64,000 nucleotides of DNA, from contig CAVYRH010000004.1 in the NCBI GenBank assembly GCA_963770835.1, positions 288,001 through 352,000 of the forward strand. Reading direction: 5' to 3'. The notes below the pieces were generated by a model. That model saw only the letters and a program-made list of their open reading frames with translations. It had not been told where the DNA came from and did not search any database. Made by a program: the position numbers and the translations under genes. Origin of the DNA: an uncultured Pseudomonadota bacterium (GTDB taxonomy: Bacteria; Oederibacteriota; Muellerivitia; Muellerivitales; Muellerivitaceae). Positions 37,377-46,772 of this stretch are shown here, piece by piece (within the stretch, counting starts at the first letter, position 1; every line of letters begins with the position of its first letter).

Positions 37377-38126
37377 ATGGAACATTGGGAAGCTTGGTGC
37401 AACCTGGGCGGTTCGCTGCTGGGCGCCTTAGGCGGCCTCTACCTGACCTACGACATCCTGGGCGGGAAGGACGGGCCTCTGGCAGGAGTGACCCGAGTTG
37501 TGACTTACGCGGCCTTCTTCGCGTTTTTCTACAGCCTGGGGCTGGGCTTGAGGTTCGGCCTGATCACCAGCATCGGGATGGGGCTGATGCTGGGCTACGA
37601 CTTTTACCTGGAAGCCCGCCGGGTGCGGATCAAGGGCAAGCCCCGGCATTGGAGCACGGGAGTGATCCTGGCCACCAGCCGCGCCCTGGCCCTTTCCCTT
37701 GGGCTGATGGCCATCACCAATGGGCGAGTCTTCCTGTTCCTTTTCCCCCTCTACGCCCTTTTCCTCAGCGTGACCTATCTCCTGGGCATGTCCCCCGCGG
37801 ACAACCGAAGGGTTTGCAAGCGCATGGAAATCCGGGCCGTGAATTTTTGGCTTTCGGTGCTGCGGGGCGTGGGCGGCGGGCTTTCCTTCTGGGCGGCGGT
37901 TGCCATCGTTTCGGCCTTGGCCGGTAAGGACTTTTCCTTCGTCCCCGCCTGGCGCGTGGGCCTAACGGTGGGCTGCACCAGTTTCGCCGTGGGCACCCTC
38001 ACGCCCTGGGTGGAATGGTGGGTGGAGCGGCTCTCCCGCCGCTGGCTGGCGGTCATCGGCGTGACCTTCGCCATCCTGGGTTTCCTGCTCCAGGCCCTGC
38101 CCAATTGGATCGTCTTGCTTCAATAG
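37377..38126 (+). CDS. Polytopic membrane protein of unknown function
   Basis: About 8 hydrophobic segments; host-like codon usage. Confidence 0.7.
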   Translation: MEHWEAWCNLGGSLLGALGGLYLTYDILGGKDGPLAGVTRVVTYAAFFAFFYSLGLGLRFGLITSIGMGLMLGYDFYLEARRVRIKGKPRHWSTGVILATSRALALSLGLMAITNGRVFLFLFPLYALFLSVTYLLGMSPADNRRVCKRMEIRAVNFWLSVLRGVGGGLSFWAAVAIVSALAGKDFSFVPAWRVGLTVGCTSFAVGTLTPWVEWWVERLSRRWLAVIGVTFAILGFLLQALPNWIVLLQ

Positions 38127-38194
38127 GGTAACTTTTCAACCAGGGAAAGGGTAGGACCCTTTAAGCCCGATATTGGAAGGTAAGGGGGGAAACG

Positions 38195-38770
38195 GTGAAA
38201 AAGAAAATGACGTGGCTGATGGCGGCGCTGGCGGTCCTGCTTTTCCGGGTCCAGCCGGCACAAGCCGATTCGACGACAGGAGGGAATGCCATGGGCGCTG
38301 AAAACACACCCACCACGGGCGGTGAAATGAAATACAGGAAGTACACGAAGGAAGAACTCAAGAAAAAGCTCACCCCGATGCAGTACGAAGTGACCCAGGA
38401 AGACGGCACCGAGCCGCCCTTCCATAACGAATACTGGGACAACCACAAGGAGGGGATCTACGTGGACGTCGTCTCCGGCGAGCCCCTTTTCAGCTCCCTG
38501 GACAAGTTCGATTCCGGGACGGGCTGGCCCAGCTTCACCCGGCCCCTGGACCCCGCCAACATCGTGGAAAAGACGGACAAAAGCCTGTTTGAGACGAGGA
38601 CCGAAGTGCGCAGCAAGCACACCAACTGCCACCTGGGCCATGTGTTCGACGACGGCCCGGCGCCCACGGGGCAGCGCTTTTGCATGGATTCGGCTTCCTT
38701 AAGGTTCATCCCCAAGGCGGATTTGGTGAAGGAAGGCTATGGGAAATACCTGAAGCTCTTCGAAAAATAA
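38195..38770 (+). CDS. msrB: Peptide-methionine (R)-S-oxide reductase with signal peptide
   Basis: [42 protein letters not shown]. Confidence 0.95.
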   Translation: MKKKMTWLMAALAVLLFRVQPAQADSTTGGNAMGAENTPTTGGEMKYRKYTKEELKKKLTPMQYEVTQEDGTEPPFHNEYWDNHKEGIYVDVVSGEPLFSSLDKFDSGTGWPSFTRPLDPANIVEKTDKSLFETRTEVRSKHTNCHLGHVFDDGPAPTGQRFCMDSASLRFIPKADLVKEGYGKYLKLFEK

Positions 38771-38794
38771 CGAGTGTTTGGAAGAACCCGGAAT

Positions 38795-39535
38795 TTACAC
38801 CGGGCAGGGGCAAATTAAACCGGGGGTTTGAAGCGTTCCACTCTGGTCCCAAATAATGGAAGCGGGGGAAGCGGGAACCACCACCCCTACGGCGTCATAA
38901 AGATAGATCGTGTCGCCTACTCCTGGATTGCAATTGTCCCCGGGGCTGGGTGTGGCGGTCGGCACCGGGGTCAGCACCGGTATCGGGGTAAAATTGGGAC
39001 CCGGTGTAAGGGGAATGATTGTAAGAGGCGGACAGTTACACTGGGAAGTATATTGGTCGTAGGAAACCGTGATATTCCCCGGCGTCGAGCAGACGTTTTG
39101 GACGGAAACGGTGTAATTGTATAGGGGGGACGGCGTTGGGTAGTTCAAATCGGATTCGTAAACATAGTGGTTCCCGCTACAAGTCCCGCTATAAGGAAGA
39201 TAGGGAAGGATGTATTGGCTCACCGGAACGCTTTGAAGGTTGATGAGGATCATTTGATTTGCCAGGTTGGCGGGAGGGACTGGCGCGGAAGTGGAGCCGT
39301 AGTAATTTTGCCAATCCGCTAGGGTGCGGATGACGAAGAAGAAGGTCCCGGGCGCGCTGGGCGCTGTGACCGGAGTGGGCAGGGTAACAGAGGTAAACCC
39401 GCAAACGGGTGTCGCCCCCATCGTTGGGGTTACAGTTGGAACGGGTGGGGTGGGGGTAACGGGCAGGGTCGGGTGACAGGCCCAGGAGATCACGAGCGAA
39501 GTAACGGCCAAAACCATCAATAAGTACTTTTTCAT
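38795..39535 (-). CDS. Cys/Pro-rich lipoprotein with PrcB-C-like motif (paralogue of 36017)
   Basis: Lipobox SWAC; VIRTLADWQNYY...PVPPANLANQMILINL. Confidence 0.6.
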   Translation of the reverse strand: MKKYLLMVLAVTSLVISWACHPTLPVTPTPPVPTVTPTMGATPVCGFTSVTLPTPVTAPSAPGTFFFVIRTLADWQNYYGSTSAPVPPANLANQMILINLQSVPVSQYILPYLPYSGTCSGNHYVYESDLNYPTPSPLYNYTVSVQNVCSTPGNITVSYDQYTSQCNCPPLTIIPLTPGPNFTPIPVLTPVPTATPSPGDNCNPGVGDTIYLYDAVGVVVPASPASIIWDQSGTLQTPGLICPCPV

Positions 39536-39685
39536 ATTTATCCCTTCATAAACATTAACATTACTTACCTTTACACAAATAATAGCCTACCACGATTCGA
39601 GGGGTATTCAATCCAACCGGGGGGTCAACCGCCGGAGGAACTTCACTCCATTGGTTAAAGGACAGGCATAACGACCTTTTGGGGG

Positions 39686-39880
39686 TTAATTGGCCTGGAA
39701 GCGGCTGATGACGGCCTTGAACTCCAGGCCCTCGGGCGTGTAGCGGCAAAAGGATTCCTCCGGGGTTTTCCCGTTGTCCACCTTTTCCAGCCAACCCTTG
39801 CGGATGAAGGCCTCGACGGCCGATTTGTCGTCGAAGAGATAAACGGCCCTGGTTTTGTTGTTTTCAATTGTTAAGTTCAT
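39686..39880 (-). CDS. Small hypothetical protein
   Basis: AGAAGG RBS; 64-aa ORF with host-like codons. Confidence 0.55.
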   Translation of the reverse strand: MNLTIENNKTRAVYLFDDKSAVEAFIRKGWLEKVDNGKTPEESFCRYTPEGLEFKAVISRFQAN

Positions 39881-39985
39881 GGCTTACCTTCTTTGTGAAT
39901 GCGCGATGGGACCAATCTAGGAAAGACCGTCCAAAGGTTCAAGGTGGGGCAGCCGGGTGCCAGTGGAACCCGGGTCGGCTTTCTG

Positions 39986-40084
39986 GTGGAGCCCCGGGCT
40001 TGCCCGGGGCTCCACGAAGTCCAAGCTTCGCTTGCCGGGCCTTTCAGGCCCGGTCCGCTTTCATCCCCGGGCAAGCCCGTGGAT
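39986..40084. repeat. REP-like palindrome doublet in inverted orientation
   Basis: GTGGAGCCCCGGGC-TT-GCCCGGGGCTCCAC (perfect 14-bp stem) and ATCCCCGGGC-AA-GCCCGTGGAT, with hairpin CCGGGCCT-TTC-AGGCCCGG between them. Confidence 0.8.
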
Positions 40085-40197
40085 TTCAATGCGCCGACTT
40101 TAACACCCTGTTAAAACTCCGCAAAGGCCCTGGCTTTGGCCCGGGCCGGGTTCCATAATGGCGCCGGTTTTCAACCCGCCGGTAAAGGAATCGAAAT

Positions 40198-41643
40198 ATG
40201 GCCTCCCACTCCTCACGTTGGATCATCCTCGCGCTTCTCACCGTCCTTCTTCCCGCCTCCGCCTTCGCCGACGTACTGGTTTGGGGGAGCGGACCCGTCA
40301 CCCTCCCGAGCACATTCCTCCTCATGTCTGACCTTCACTTCGACCCTTTCGCCGATCCTGCACTGGTGCCCGCGCTGATCCAGCATCCTGTGGAGGACTG
40401 GGAAGGCATCCTGGATTCCTCTAAGGTCACAGCCATCGCGCCTTATGGTAAGGATTCCAATTGGCCCCTACTTCTTTCGGCCCTCCGGCAGGCCAAAAAC
40501 AATGCCCCCTTTGGCACTTACGATTTCGCGGTCATCACCGGCGACTACCTGGTGCACGAGTCCCGCAAACTGTTCGAGCCCTTCGGCGGCAAGGACGAGA
40601 AGGTCTATGAGGATTTCGTGCTGAAGACCGAGGTCTTCACGGCGAGGGAGGTGCAAAAAAATCTGCCGGGGGTGCCGGTTTATTTCTGCCTGGGCAACAA
40701 CGACTCGGAATGCGGCGACTACATGATCGCCACGAAGAGCGATTTTCTCGGCACCCTTTCCAAGGAATGGGGGGTGCTGGCGGCCAACCCGAAGGCGGCG
40801 GAGAGCTTCGCCGACACAGGCAATTACGCCTTGCCCCATCCCACAGTGCCGGGAATGGAGCTGGTTTCCCTGAACGATGTCTATTGGTCCAACCGCTTCG
40901 CGCCGGATTCCTGCTACCCCCAAAGCGGCGACCCGGGGAAGGCCACGATGGACTGGCTGGAAAGCCAGTTGAAGGATGCCAAGAAAAAACACCTCAAGGT
41001 TCAGCTGGTCATGCACATCCCGCCGGGCGCGGACGTCTTCGCCACCCTCCGGAAAATAACCATGGGCGTGTCCGGCACCAACGCGGTCCAGCTTTTTTGG
41101 GCGCCGAAATACGAGCAGGAATTCCTGGACCTAGTGAAGGCCTATCCCGGAGTGCTGGTTTCAGGCTTCGGGGGACACACCCATATGGACGACTTCCGGG
41201 TTCTGGACGGGGGCCCGGGGAAGGCGCCCTTCTTCATCCATATCTGTCCGGCGGTCAGCCCCATCCGGGGCAATAATCCGGGCTTCCAGGTGGCCATCTA
41301 CGACCGCGACACTGGCGCCATCCAGGACCTGGTGACCTACGATTTGACCAACCTGAGAGACGCCCCCACAGCCCCGGATGCCCGGTGGAAGCTGGAATAC
41401 GACTTCGACAAGGCTTACGGCCTGTCCGGCTACGACGGAGCGAGCCTCTTGGCCCTGGCGGACAAGATTCAAACCTCCGACGCCATCCGTCATACCTATT
41501 CGCTTTCTTACATGGGTTCGGCGGCGGAAACGGAACAGGGCAAATTCATCCCGGACGACGCCTGGAAGGTTTTGGACTGCCTCCATACCCAGTGGACGGC
41601 GGAGGGCCTGGCGGCCGCCTTGGCCCCGGCGGCAGGGAAATAA
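40198..41643 (+). CDS. Secreted metallophosphoesterase (acid sphingomyelinase/SMPDL3-like)
   Basis: Signal peptide; SDLH, TGD, GNND, MHIPP, GHTHMD, PAVSP. Confidence 0.85.
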   Translation: MASHSSRWIILALLTVLLPASAFADVLVWGSGPVTLPSTFLLMSDLHFDPFADPALVPALIQHPVEDWEGILDSSKVTAIAPYGKDSNWPLLLSALRQAKNNAPFGTYDFAVITGDYLVHESRKLFEPFGGKDEKVYEDFVLKTEVFTAREVQKNLPGVPVYFCLGNNDSECGDYMIATKSDFLGTLSKEWGVLAANPKAAESFADTGNYALPHPTVPGMELVSLNDVYWSNRFAPDSCYPQSGDPGKATMDWLESQLKDAKKKHLKVQLVMHIPPGADVFATLRKITMGVSGTNAVQLFWAPKYEQEFLDLVKAYPGVLVSGFGGHTHMDDFRVLDGGPGKAPFFIHICPAVSPIRGNNPGFQVAIYDRDTGAIQDLVTYDLTNLRDAPTAPDARWKLEYDFDKAYGLSGYDGASLLALADKIQTSDAIRHTYSLSYMGSAAETEQGKFIPDDAWKVLDCLHTQWTAEGLAAALAPAAGK

Positions 41644-41706
41644 ACAAGCTTGATTTGAGGCCCCCTTTGGAAGAAGGTGAAAGCCATCCCTTTAAAGGAG
41701 TTCCCC

Positions 41707-42351
41707 ATGAAATTCGACGTCGGCCAAATCCCCAAGCGCACGACCTACAACCTCATCAACGGCCTGGTGGCCCCGCGCCCCATCGCGCTGGTCACCAGCC
41801 TGGGCCCGGGGAATAAGCTCAACGCCGCGCCCTTCAGCTCCTACAACTATCTCTGCCTGGACCCGCCCATCCTGGGCTTCGGGGTGGCCGCCCCGCCCGC
41901 CGGGAAGGACTTGAAGGACACGGCCCGCAACATCGAGCAAACGGGCGAATACGTGGTGAACGTGGTGACGGAGGACATCGGGCGGCAGATGAACATCTGC
42001 GGTGTTGATTTTCCCGCCGAGGTGAGCGAGGTGGAAATGGCGGGCTTCACCCCCGAGCCCTCGACCGTGGTCAAGACGCCCCGCATCAAGGAAGCCCACG
42101 CCGCGCTGGAATGCCGGCTTTACCAAATGCTCAAGCCCGGCCCCGGCGAGGCCCGCATCGTGCTGGGCAACGTCGTGGCCATCTTCGTGGAGGACAGGTT
42201 CGTCGACCCCAAGGGGCCTTATATCCTGGCGAAAGAGCTTCATTCCATCGGCCGCATGAACGGCCTGAGCAACTACGTCCACACCCGGGACGCCTTTTAC
42301 GAGATCCAGCGGCTCAATTACGAGCTGTGGCAAAAGGGCGAGAGGGGTTAG
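41707..42351 (+). CDS. Flavin reductase-like FMN-binding protein
   Basis: VAPRPIALVTS, NAAPFS, KDTARNI, LECRL. Confidence 0.9.
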   Translation: MKFDVGQIPKRTTYNLINGLVAPRPIALVTSLGPGNKLNAAPFSSYNYLCLDPPILGFGVAAPPAGKDLKDTARNIEQTGEYVVNVVTEDIGRQMNICGVDFPAEVSEVEMAGFTPEPSTVVKTPRIKEAHAALECRLYQMLKPGPGEARIVLGNVVAIFVEDRFVDPKGPYILAKELHSIGRMNGLSNYVHTRDAFYEIQRLNYELWQKGERG

Positions 42352-42354
42352 GCC

Positions 42355-43659
42355 TCAGGGGTAGTACATCACCGAGGCCTTGTTGCTGTTATTTTGGTCC
42401 GTATAGCCCACGTAGGGCGTCCCGTTATAAAAGGAAAGGGAAGTGTAGGGCGAGTTGCCGGGGGAAAAATCCGGCCGGCAGACGTCGGTCCAGGTGCCGG
42501 TCCCGGCGCCGCAGCCCGAGCATTCCTCCACGGTGGCGTTGCCCGCGTCGTTGCCGTCCCCATAGGCCACGTAGGGAATACCGTTATAAACCTGCAGGGA
42601 GGGGGCGTCGGCGAGGCCCGGGGAGAAATCCATATTGCCCACGGTCACCCAGGCGCTCCCGGTATATTCCATGACCACGGCCTGCTCGCCGTGGGAGTAA
42701 TCCTCGAAAGCCAGGTAGGGGTGTCCGGTCGTGCTGTCCACGCACAAGGAAAGTTGGGTGGCGTCATTGGTATAGAATTCCGGGGTCCCCACCGCCGCCC
42801 AGGACCCGGCCGCCGTGACGCAGCCGCTGCATTCCATCACTCCCGCGCCGCCGCCCGTCCCGTATTCGTAAGCCACGTAAAGGCTGTTGTTGTAGATCGA
42901 GAGCGAGGTGAAAGGGGATACCACGGTCGTGAAGCCTTCCCCGCCCACAGTGACCCAGCTGCCGGTTTTGTAGGCCATGACGGTGGCGTAGGTACCGTCG
43001 CTGTAATCCTCGAAGGCCACGTAAGGGGTTCCGTTGGCGACCTGCACGGAGGGAAAGCCGGCCCCGGCGGCAGTGAAGGCCGCTCCCCCCAACTCGGTCC
43101 AGGTACCCCCGATATCCTCGTATAAATAGCCGAGGGCGGTGTTGAGGTCCTCGTAGGCCAGGTAGGGCGTGCCGCTGGAGGGGTCCACGGCAAGCGAAAG
43201 CTTTTGCGCCGGACCGGCCGAGAAATCCGGGCTGCCCACGGTCGTCCAGGAAGTTCCGGTGTACTCCTCGACCACTGCCTTGCCCGAGAGGTCGGCGAAG
43301 CCCAGGTAGACGGCGCTGGCGTTGTAAGCGGAGAGGGAAGTGAGCGTGGCTTGTCCAGATGAAAAACCCGCGGGGCCCAGGTTGACCCAGCAAGTGGCGG
43401 TGGCCGTGGGCGTGGAAGAGGGCGTGGCGGTGGGGGTCCGCGTGGGGGTGGAAGTGGGCGTCGAAGTCGCCACAGTGCCCGTGGTCGTCGGGGTGGAAGA
43501 GGGGGTTGTAGTGGCGGTTTGGGCCGGCGTGGAGGTGGGGTTTCCGCTGGCGGGGTTGTTGGGGTTCGAGGGGGAGTTTTTGGCCGGGCAGCCGGACAAT
43601 AACGCCCCGCCCAGGATGACCGACAACAGTACTACCCCGCTGATGGACGTCCCTTTCAT
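42355..43659 (-). CDS. Beta-propeller repeat lipoprotein with Thr-rich stalk
   Basis: Lipobox LSGC; about 7 repeats of W.tVG.pdFS.G.a...sL.v..gtPYvAyeD. Confidence 0.8.
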   Translation of the reverse strand: MKGTSISGVVLLSVILGGALLSGCPAKNSPSNPNNPASGNPTSTPAQTATTTPSSTPTTTGTVATSTPTSTPTRTPTATPSSTPTATATCWVNLGPAGFSSGQATLTSLSAYNASAVYLGFADLSGKAVVEEYTGTSWTTVGSPDFSAGPAQKLSLAVDPSSGTPYLAYEDLNTALGYLYEDIGGTWTELGGAAFTAAGAGFPSVQVANGTPYVAFEDYSDGTYATVMAYKTGSWVTVGGEGFTTVVSPFTSLSIYNNSLYVAYEYGTGGGAGVMECSGCVTAAGSWAAVGTPEFYTNDATQLSLCVDSTTGHPYLAFEDYSHGEQAVVMEYTGSAWVTVGNMDFSPGLADAPSLQVYNGIPYVAYGDGNDAGNATVEECSGCGAGTGTWTDVCRPDFSPGNSPYTSLSFYNGTPYVGYTDQNNSNKASVMYYP

Positions 43660-43711
43660 GGGCCGCCTCCTTGAAATTTAAAATTCCGCCGAAGTTCCCC
43701 TCAGGCCGGGC

Positions 43712-44431
43712 CTATAAGCTCTTCATGACGTTGATAAACAAATTCTTTCCGGCGGTGGTCATCCCGGAGGGGTCGGTTTGGAATCCCCACAGGAAATAAA
43801 CGGTGCTGCCCGTGTAATAACTGGCCAGGGGGTAGTAACTGGTGGCGCTGGGATTCTGCCCGACGAGGGTCGTGCCGGCGGCCGGAGCGCCACCGTAATC
43901 TTGCTGGTGCAAACTGCTGGTAGCCGAATAGAGAGCGATGCTTCCAGATGTGGTAATGGCATTGGGATTGGACCAGATGCTGTTCGAGGGACTTACCGCG
44001 TTCACGGAAGTTCCCGAACTCCCTTCCGCGTTATTCCAACCGATTTCCGTAGCGCCCGCCGTATCAAAAAAATAGGCTCCTCCCGAATCGAGGCCCAATA
44101 CGGGCTTGTTGGAACTCTTGATGGCATTGACCAGCGTGGTGTTGCCCCAGGGCGAGCTGGAGGCCGAATCGTCGCTGATGATGATGACGCCGAAGGCACC
44201 GTAATTCAAACTGCCCACGCTGGCGACGGCGATGGCCGTGACGCCGTAACCGTTGGCGTCCAAGAGGGTCTGGAAATTCCCGGCGGCGGTGGTGTCGCTT
44301 CCGTAAAGGTAAAGCACCGAAGTGGGTCCGGAGGAGGAAGAAGGCGAGGAGGGGCTTTTACTGGGGCATCCGAGGGTGAAAAAGGAAGCTCCCGACAAAA
44401 CCGAAACAAGCGCCAGGACGCTTAACTTCAT
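43712..44431 (-). CDS. Hypothetical lipoprotein
   Basis: Lipobox TLGC; AAGGAGG RBS. Confidence 0.75.
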   Translation of the reverse strand: MKLSVLALVSVLSGASFFTLGCPSKSPSSPSSSSGPTSVLYLYGSDTTAAGNFQTLLDANGYGVTAIAVASVGSLNYGAFGVIIISDDSASSSPWGNTTLVNAIKSSNKPVLGLDSGGAYFFDTAGATEIGWNNAEGSSGTSVNAVSPSNSIWSNPNAITTSGSIALYSATSSLHQQDYGGAPAAGTTLVGQNPSATSYYPLASYYTGSTVYFLWGFQTDPSGMTTAGKNLFINVMKSL

Positions 44432-44588
44432 GAACGGCCTCCTTAAAATTTTCCGGATTAATCGGGGAGTGGGGCGGGGTGTTCTTTGGGTTTGCCGGGG
44501 CGTGGTGAATTGTTACGTATCCTACCCATCCACCCGCCGAATTACACCAGGGGTTTCCAAGTTTCCCGGGTATTTACCCTTGGGGCGG

Positions 44589-45527
44589 TTAGTTTTTCTG
44601 GAAAACCGCCACTTGGTAGCCGCCTTGATCCGTAACGTAGAGGTTGCCCGCGGAATCAAAGCCCATCCCGTCAGCAGCGATCCCCGTCGCGGTTCCGATA
44701 TGGGCGAGGAGCGAGCCCGAGGGGCTGAACATCTCAACGTCGCTCAAAGCGCCCCCGTCCAAATAAATGTTCCCCGAGGAATCCAGGGCAATCCCCGAGG
44801 CGCCGTTAAACGCGCTCGTGGAGAGCGTGATGGCCGACTGGAAAACCCCGTTGGCGTTGTAGATAAAGACCTTGCTGGCCTGCACGTCCGCCGCGTAAAC
44901 ATTGCCAGCGCGGTCCAGCGCCAGTTGATAGGGGCCCGAAAGGGCGCCCGGCCCGCTGTTGCCGAAAGTGGCGGAGGCCGTGAAGGTCTTGCTAGGGCCC
45001 GACCCGGCGATGGTGTAACGGAGGAGGCGGACGCCGGTGAGGTCCGAGACGTAGGCGTAATTGCCGTTCACGGCCACCCCCTCGGGGACGTCCGTTCCCA
45101 ACTCGGCCTTGCCGAAAGTGTTCGCCCAGGCGCCGGTGGGCGTGAATTCCGCCACCTGGTAGTTGCCCGAGTCCACCAGGTAAACCGAGCCGTCCGCCCC
45201 CACTCCCACCTGCCGGGGGCTGGTCACGGTGAAAGAGGAGTAGGCCGTGATGGTTTTCTTGAGGACCCCCAGCAAACCCCAGGCTTCAAGGGCGGTGCCG
45301 CCGCCGGTGTTCGAAACCCAGGCGATATCCCCCGAGACGGCCAAGCCCACGGGCTGGCTCATCACGCCGTTGCCGAAGAAATTTACGAAACTATAGGAAG
45401 GCGTGGAACCGCCTGAACTGGAAGCCGGGGTGGCGGGATTGACGTTCTTACCGCAGCCCTGGAAAACAGGAATAAGGGCCGCCAGCCCTAAGCAAGTCAT
45501 CCAACAGAAAATACTTTTGAAACGCAT
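44589..45527 (-). CDS. NHL-repeat lipoprotein
   Basis: Lipobox FQGC; PYQLALDRAGNVYAAD, DGMGFDSAGNLYVTD. Confidence 0.85.
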   Translation of the reverse strand: MRFKSIFCWMTCLGLAALIPVFQGCGKNVNPATPASSSGGSTPSYSFVNFFGNGVMSQPVGLAVSGDIAWVSNTGGGTALEAWGLLGVLKKTITAYSSFTVTSPRQVGVGADGSVYLVDSGNYQVAEFTPTGAWANTFGKAELGTDVPEGVAVNGNYAYVSDLTGVRLLRYTIAGSGPSKTFTASATFGNSGPGALSGPYQLALDRAGNVYAADVQASKVFIYNANGVFQSAITLSTSAFNGASGIALDSSGNIYLDGGALSDVEMFSPSGSLLAHIGTATGIAADGMGFDSAGNLYVTDQGGYQVAVFQKN

Positions 45528-45652
45528 AGGGTCTCCTGGTGCGCAATGGTTTCGGCGAAGGAATGGAATGTGAGAAGTATAGTGCGCGCTTCGGGCGAAG
45601 CAATATTTTCACCGTAAATTCGGGGAAAAGGGGAAACCACGAAAGTTTAGTT

Positions 45653-46603
45653 TCAGTAAGCGCTGGCTTGGTTGAGCTTTTTCACGGTCTCCGGCCCGAG
45701 TTCCAGGCGGGTACCCTCCAAGAGGTCGTTGAACTGGTCCAGGCTGGTGGCGCTGGCAATGGGCGCGGTGATACCCGGCCGGGCCATGACCCAGGCCAGG
45801 GCCACCCGCGCGGGGGTGGAACCCAGTTCCTTGGAAACCTCGTCCAAAGCGCCCAGGATGCGGAAGCCCCGGTCGTTCAGGTATTTCTTCATGCCCCCGC
45901 CCCGGGGGCTCTTGGCGAAGTCCGCCTCCGAGCGGTACTTGCCCGTGAGGAAGCCCGCGGCCAGCGAGAAATAGGGGATGACCCCGAGATGCCTTTCCCT
46001 CGCCAGGGGCTCCAGGTTTTTCTCGTAGTCCTCCCGGTCGTAAAGGTTGTAGTTGGGCTGCAGGCACTCGTAGCGGGGCAGTTTATTCCGGGCGCTGGTG
46101 TCCATGGCCGCCGCGAGCCTGTTGGCGGAGTAGTTGGAGGCGCCGATCACCCGAACCTTTCCTTCCTTCACCAACTGGGCGAAGGCTTCCATCGTTTCCT
46201 CGATGTGGCTGCCGAGGTCGTCCTGGTGGGCCTGGTAGAGGTCGATATGGTCGGTCCCGAGCCGTTTCAGGGAATCCTCCGCTTCCTTGAGGATATAGCT
46301 TTTGGACAGGCCCTTTTTCCCGTCTCCCATGTCACTACCCACCTTGGTCGCGATGACGGCCTTGTCGCGCTTGCCGCCTTGCTTCAGCCATTTGCCGATG
46401 ACGGTTTCGGACTCGCCACCCACGTGGCCTGGCACCCAGCGGGAATAGGTATCCGCCGTGTCGATCAGGTTGAAGCCGGCGTCAATGAAGGCGTCCAGGA
46501 TGCGGAAGGAAGTGGATTCGTCCGCCGTCCAGCCGAAGACGTTGCCGCCCAGGGCCCAGGGGGCTACTTGGACACCGGATTTTCCCAGCTCGCGCGTTTT
46601 CAT
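45653..46603 (-). CDS. Aldo/keto reductase
   Basis: LGGNVFG, IDTADTY, IATKVG, SLKRLGTDHIDLYQAH, IGASNY. Confidence 0.95.
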   Translation of the reverse strand: MKTRELGKSGVQVAPWALGGNVFGWTADESTSFRILDAFIDAGFNLIDTADTYSRWVPGHVGGESETVIGKWLKQGGKRDKAVIATKVGSDMGDGKKGLSKSYILKEAEDSLKRLGTDHIDLYQAHQDDLGSHIEETMEAFAQLVKEGKVRVIGASNYSANRLAAAMDTSARNKLPRYECLQPNYNLYDREDYEKNLEPLARERHLGVIPYFSLAAGFLTGKYRSEADFAKSPRGGGMKKYLNDRGFRILGALDEVSKELGSTPARVALAWVMARPGITAPIASATSLDQFNDLLEGTRLELGPETVKKLNQASAY

Positions 46604-46772
46604 TTTGAGTTCTCCTTGAGGGTGGGCCAAAGGGGCCGATGGAAGCGAAGGTAACCCAAGGATTATGGGCGCTGGGCGCCCAAAATCAAAGGGTACCGAC
46701 TTCTCTCAAAGGGGCGCGAACTCCCGGATTGGGACCGGAGCGTAGGGAAAAAGACCTTCCCGGAAGCGTCCG

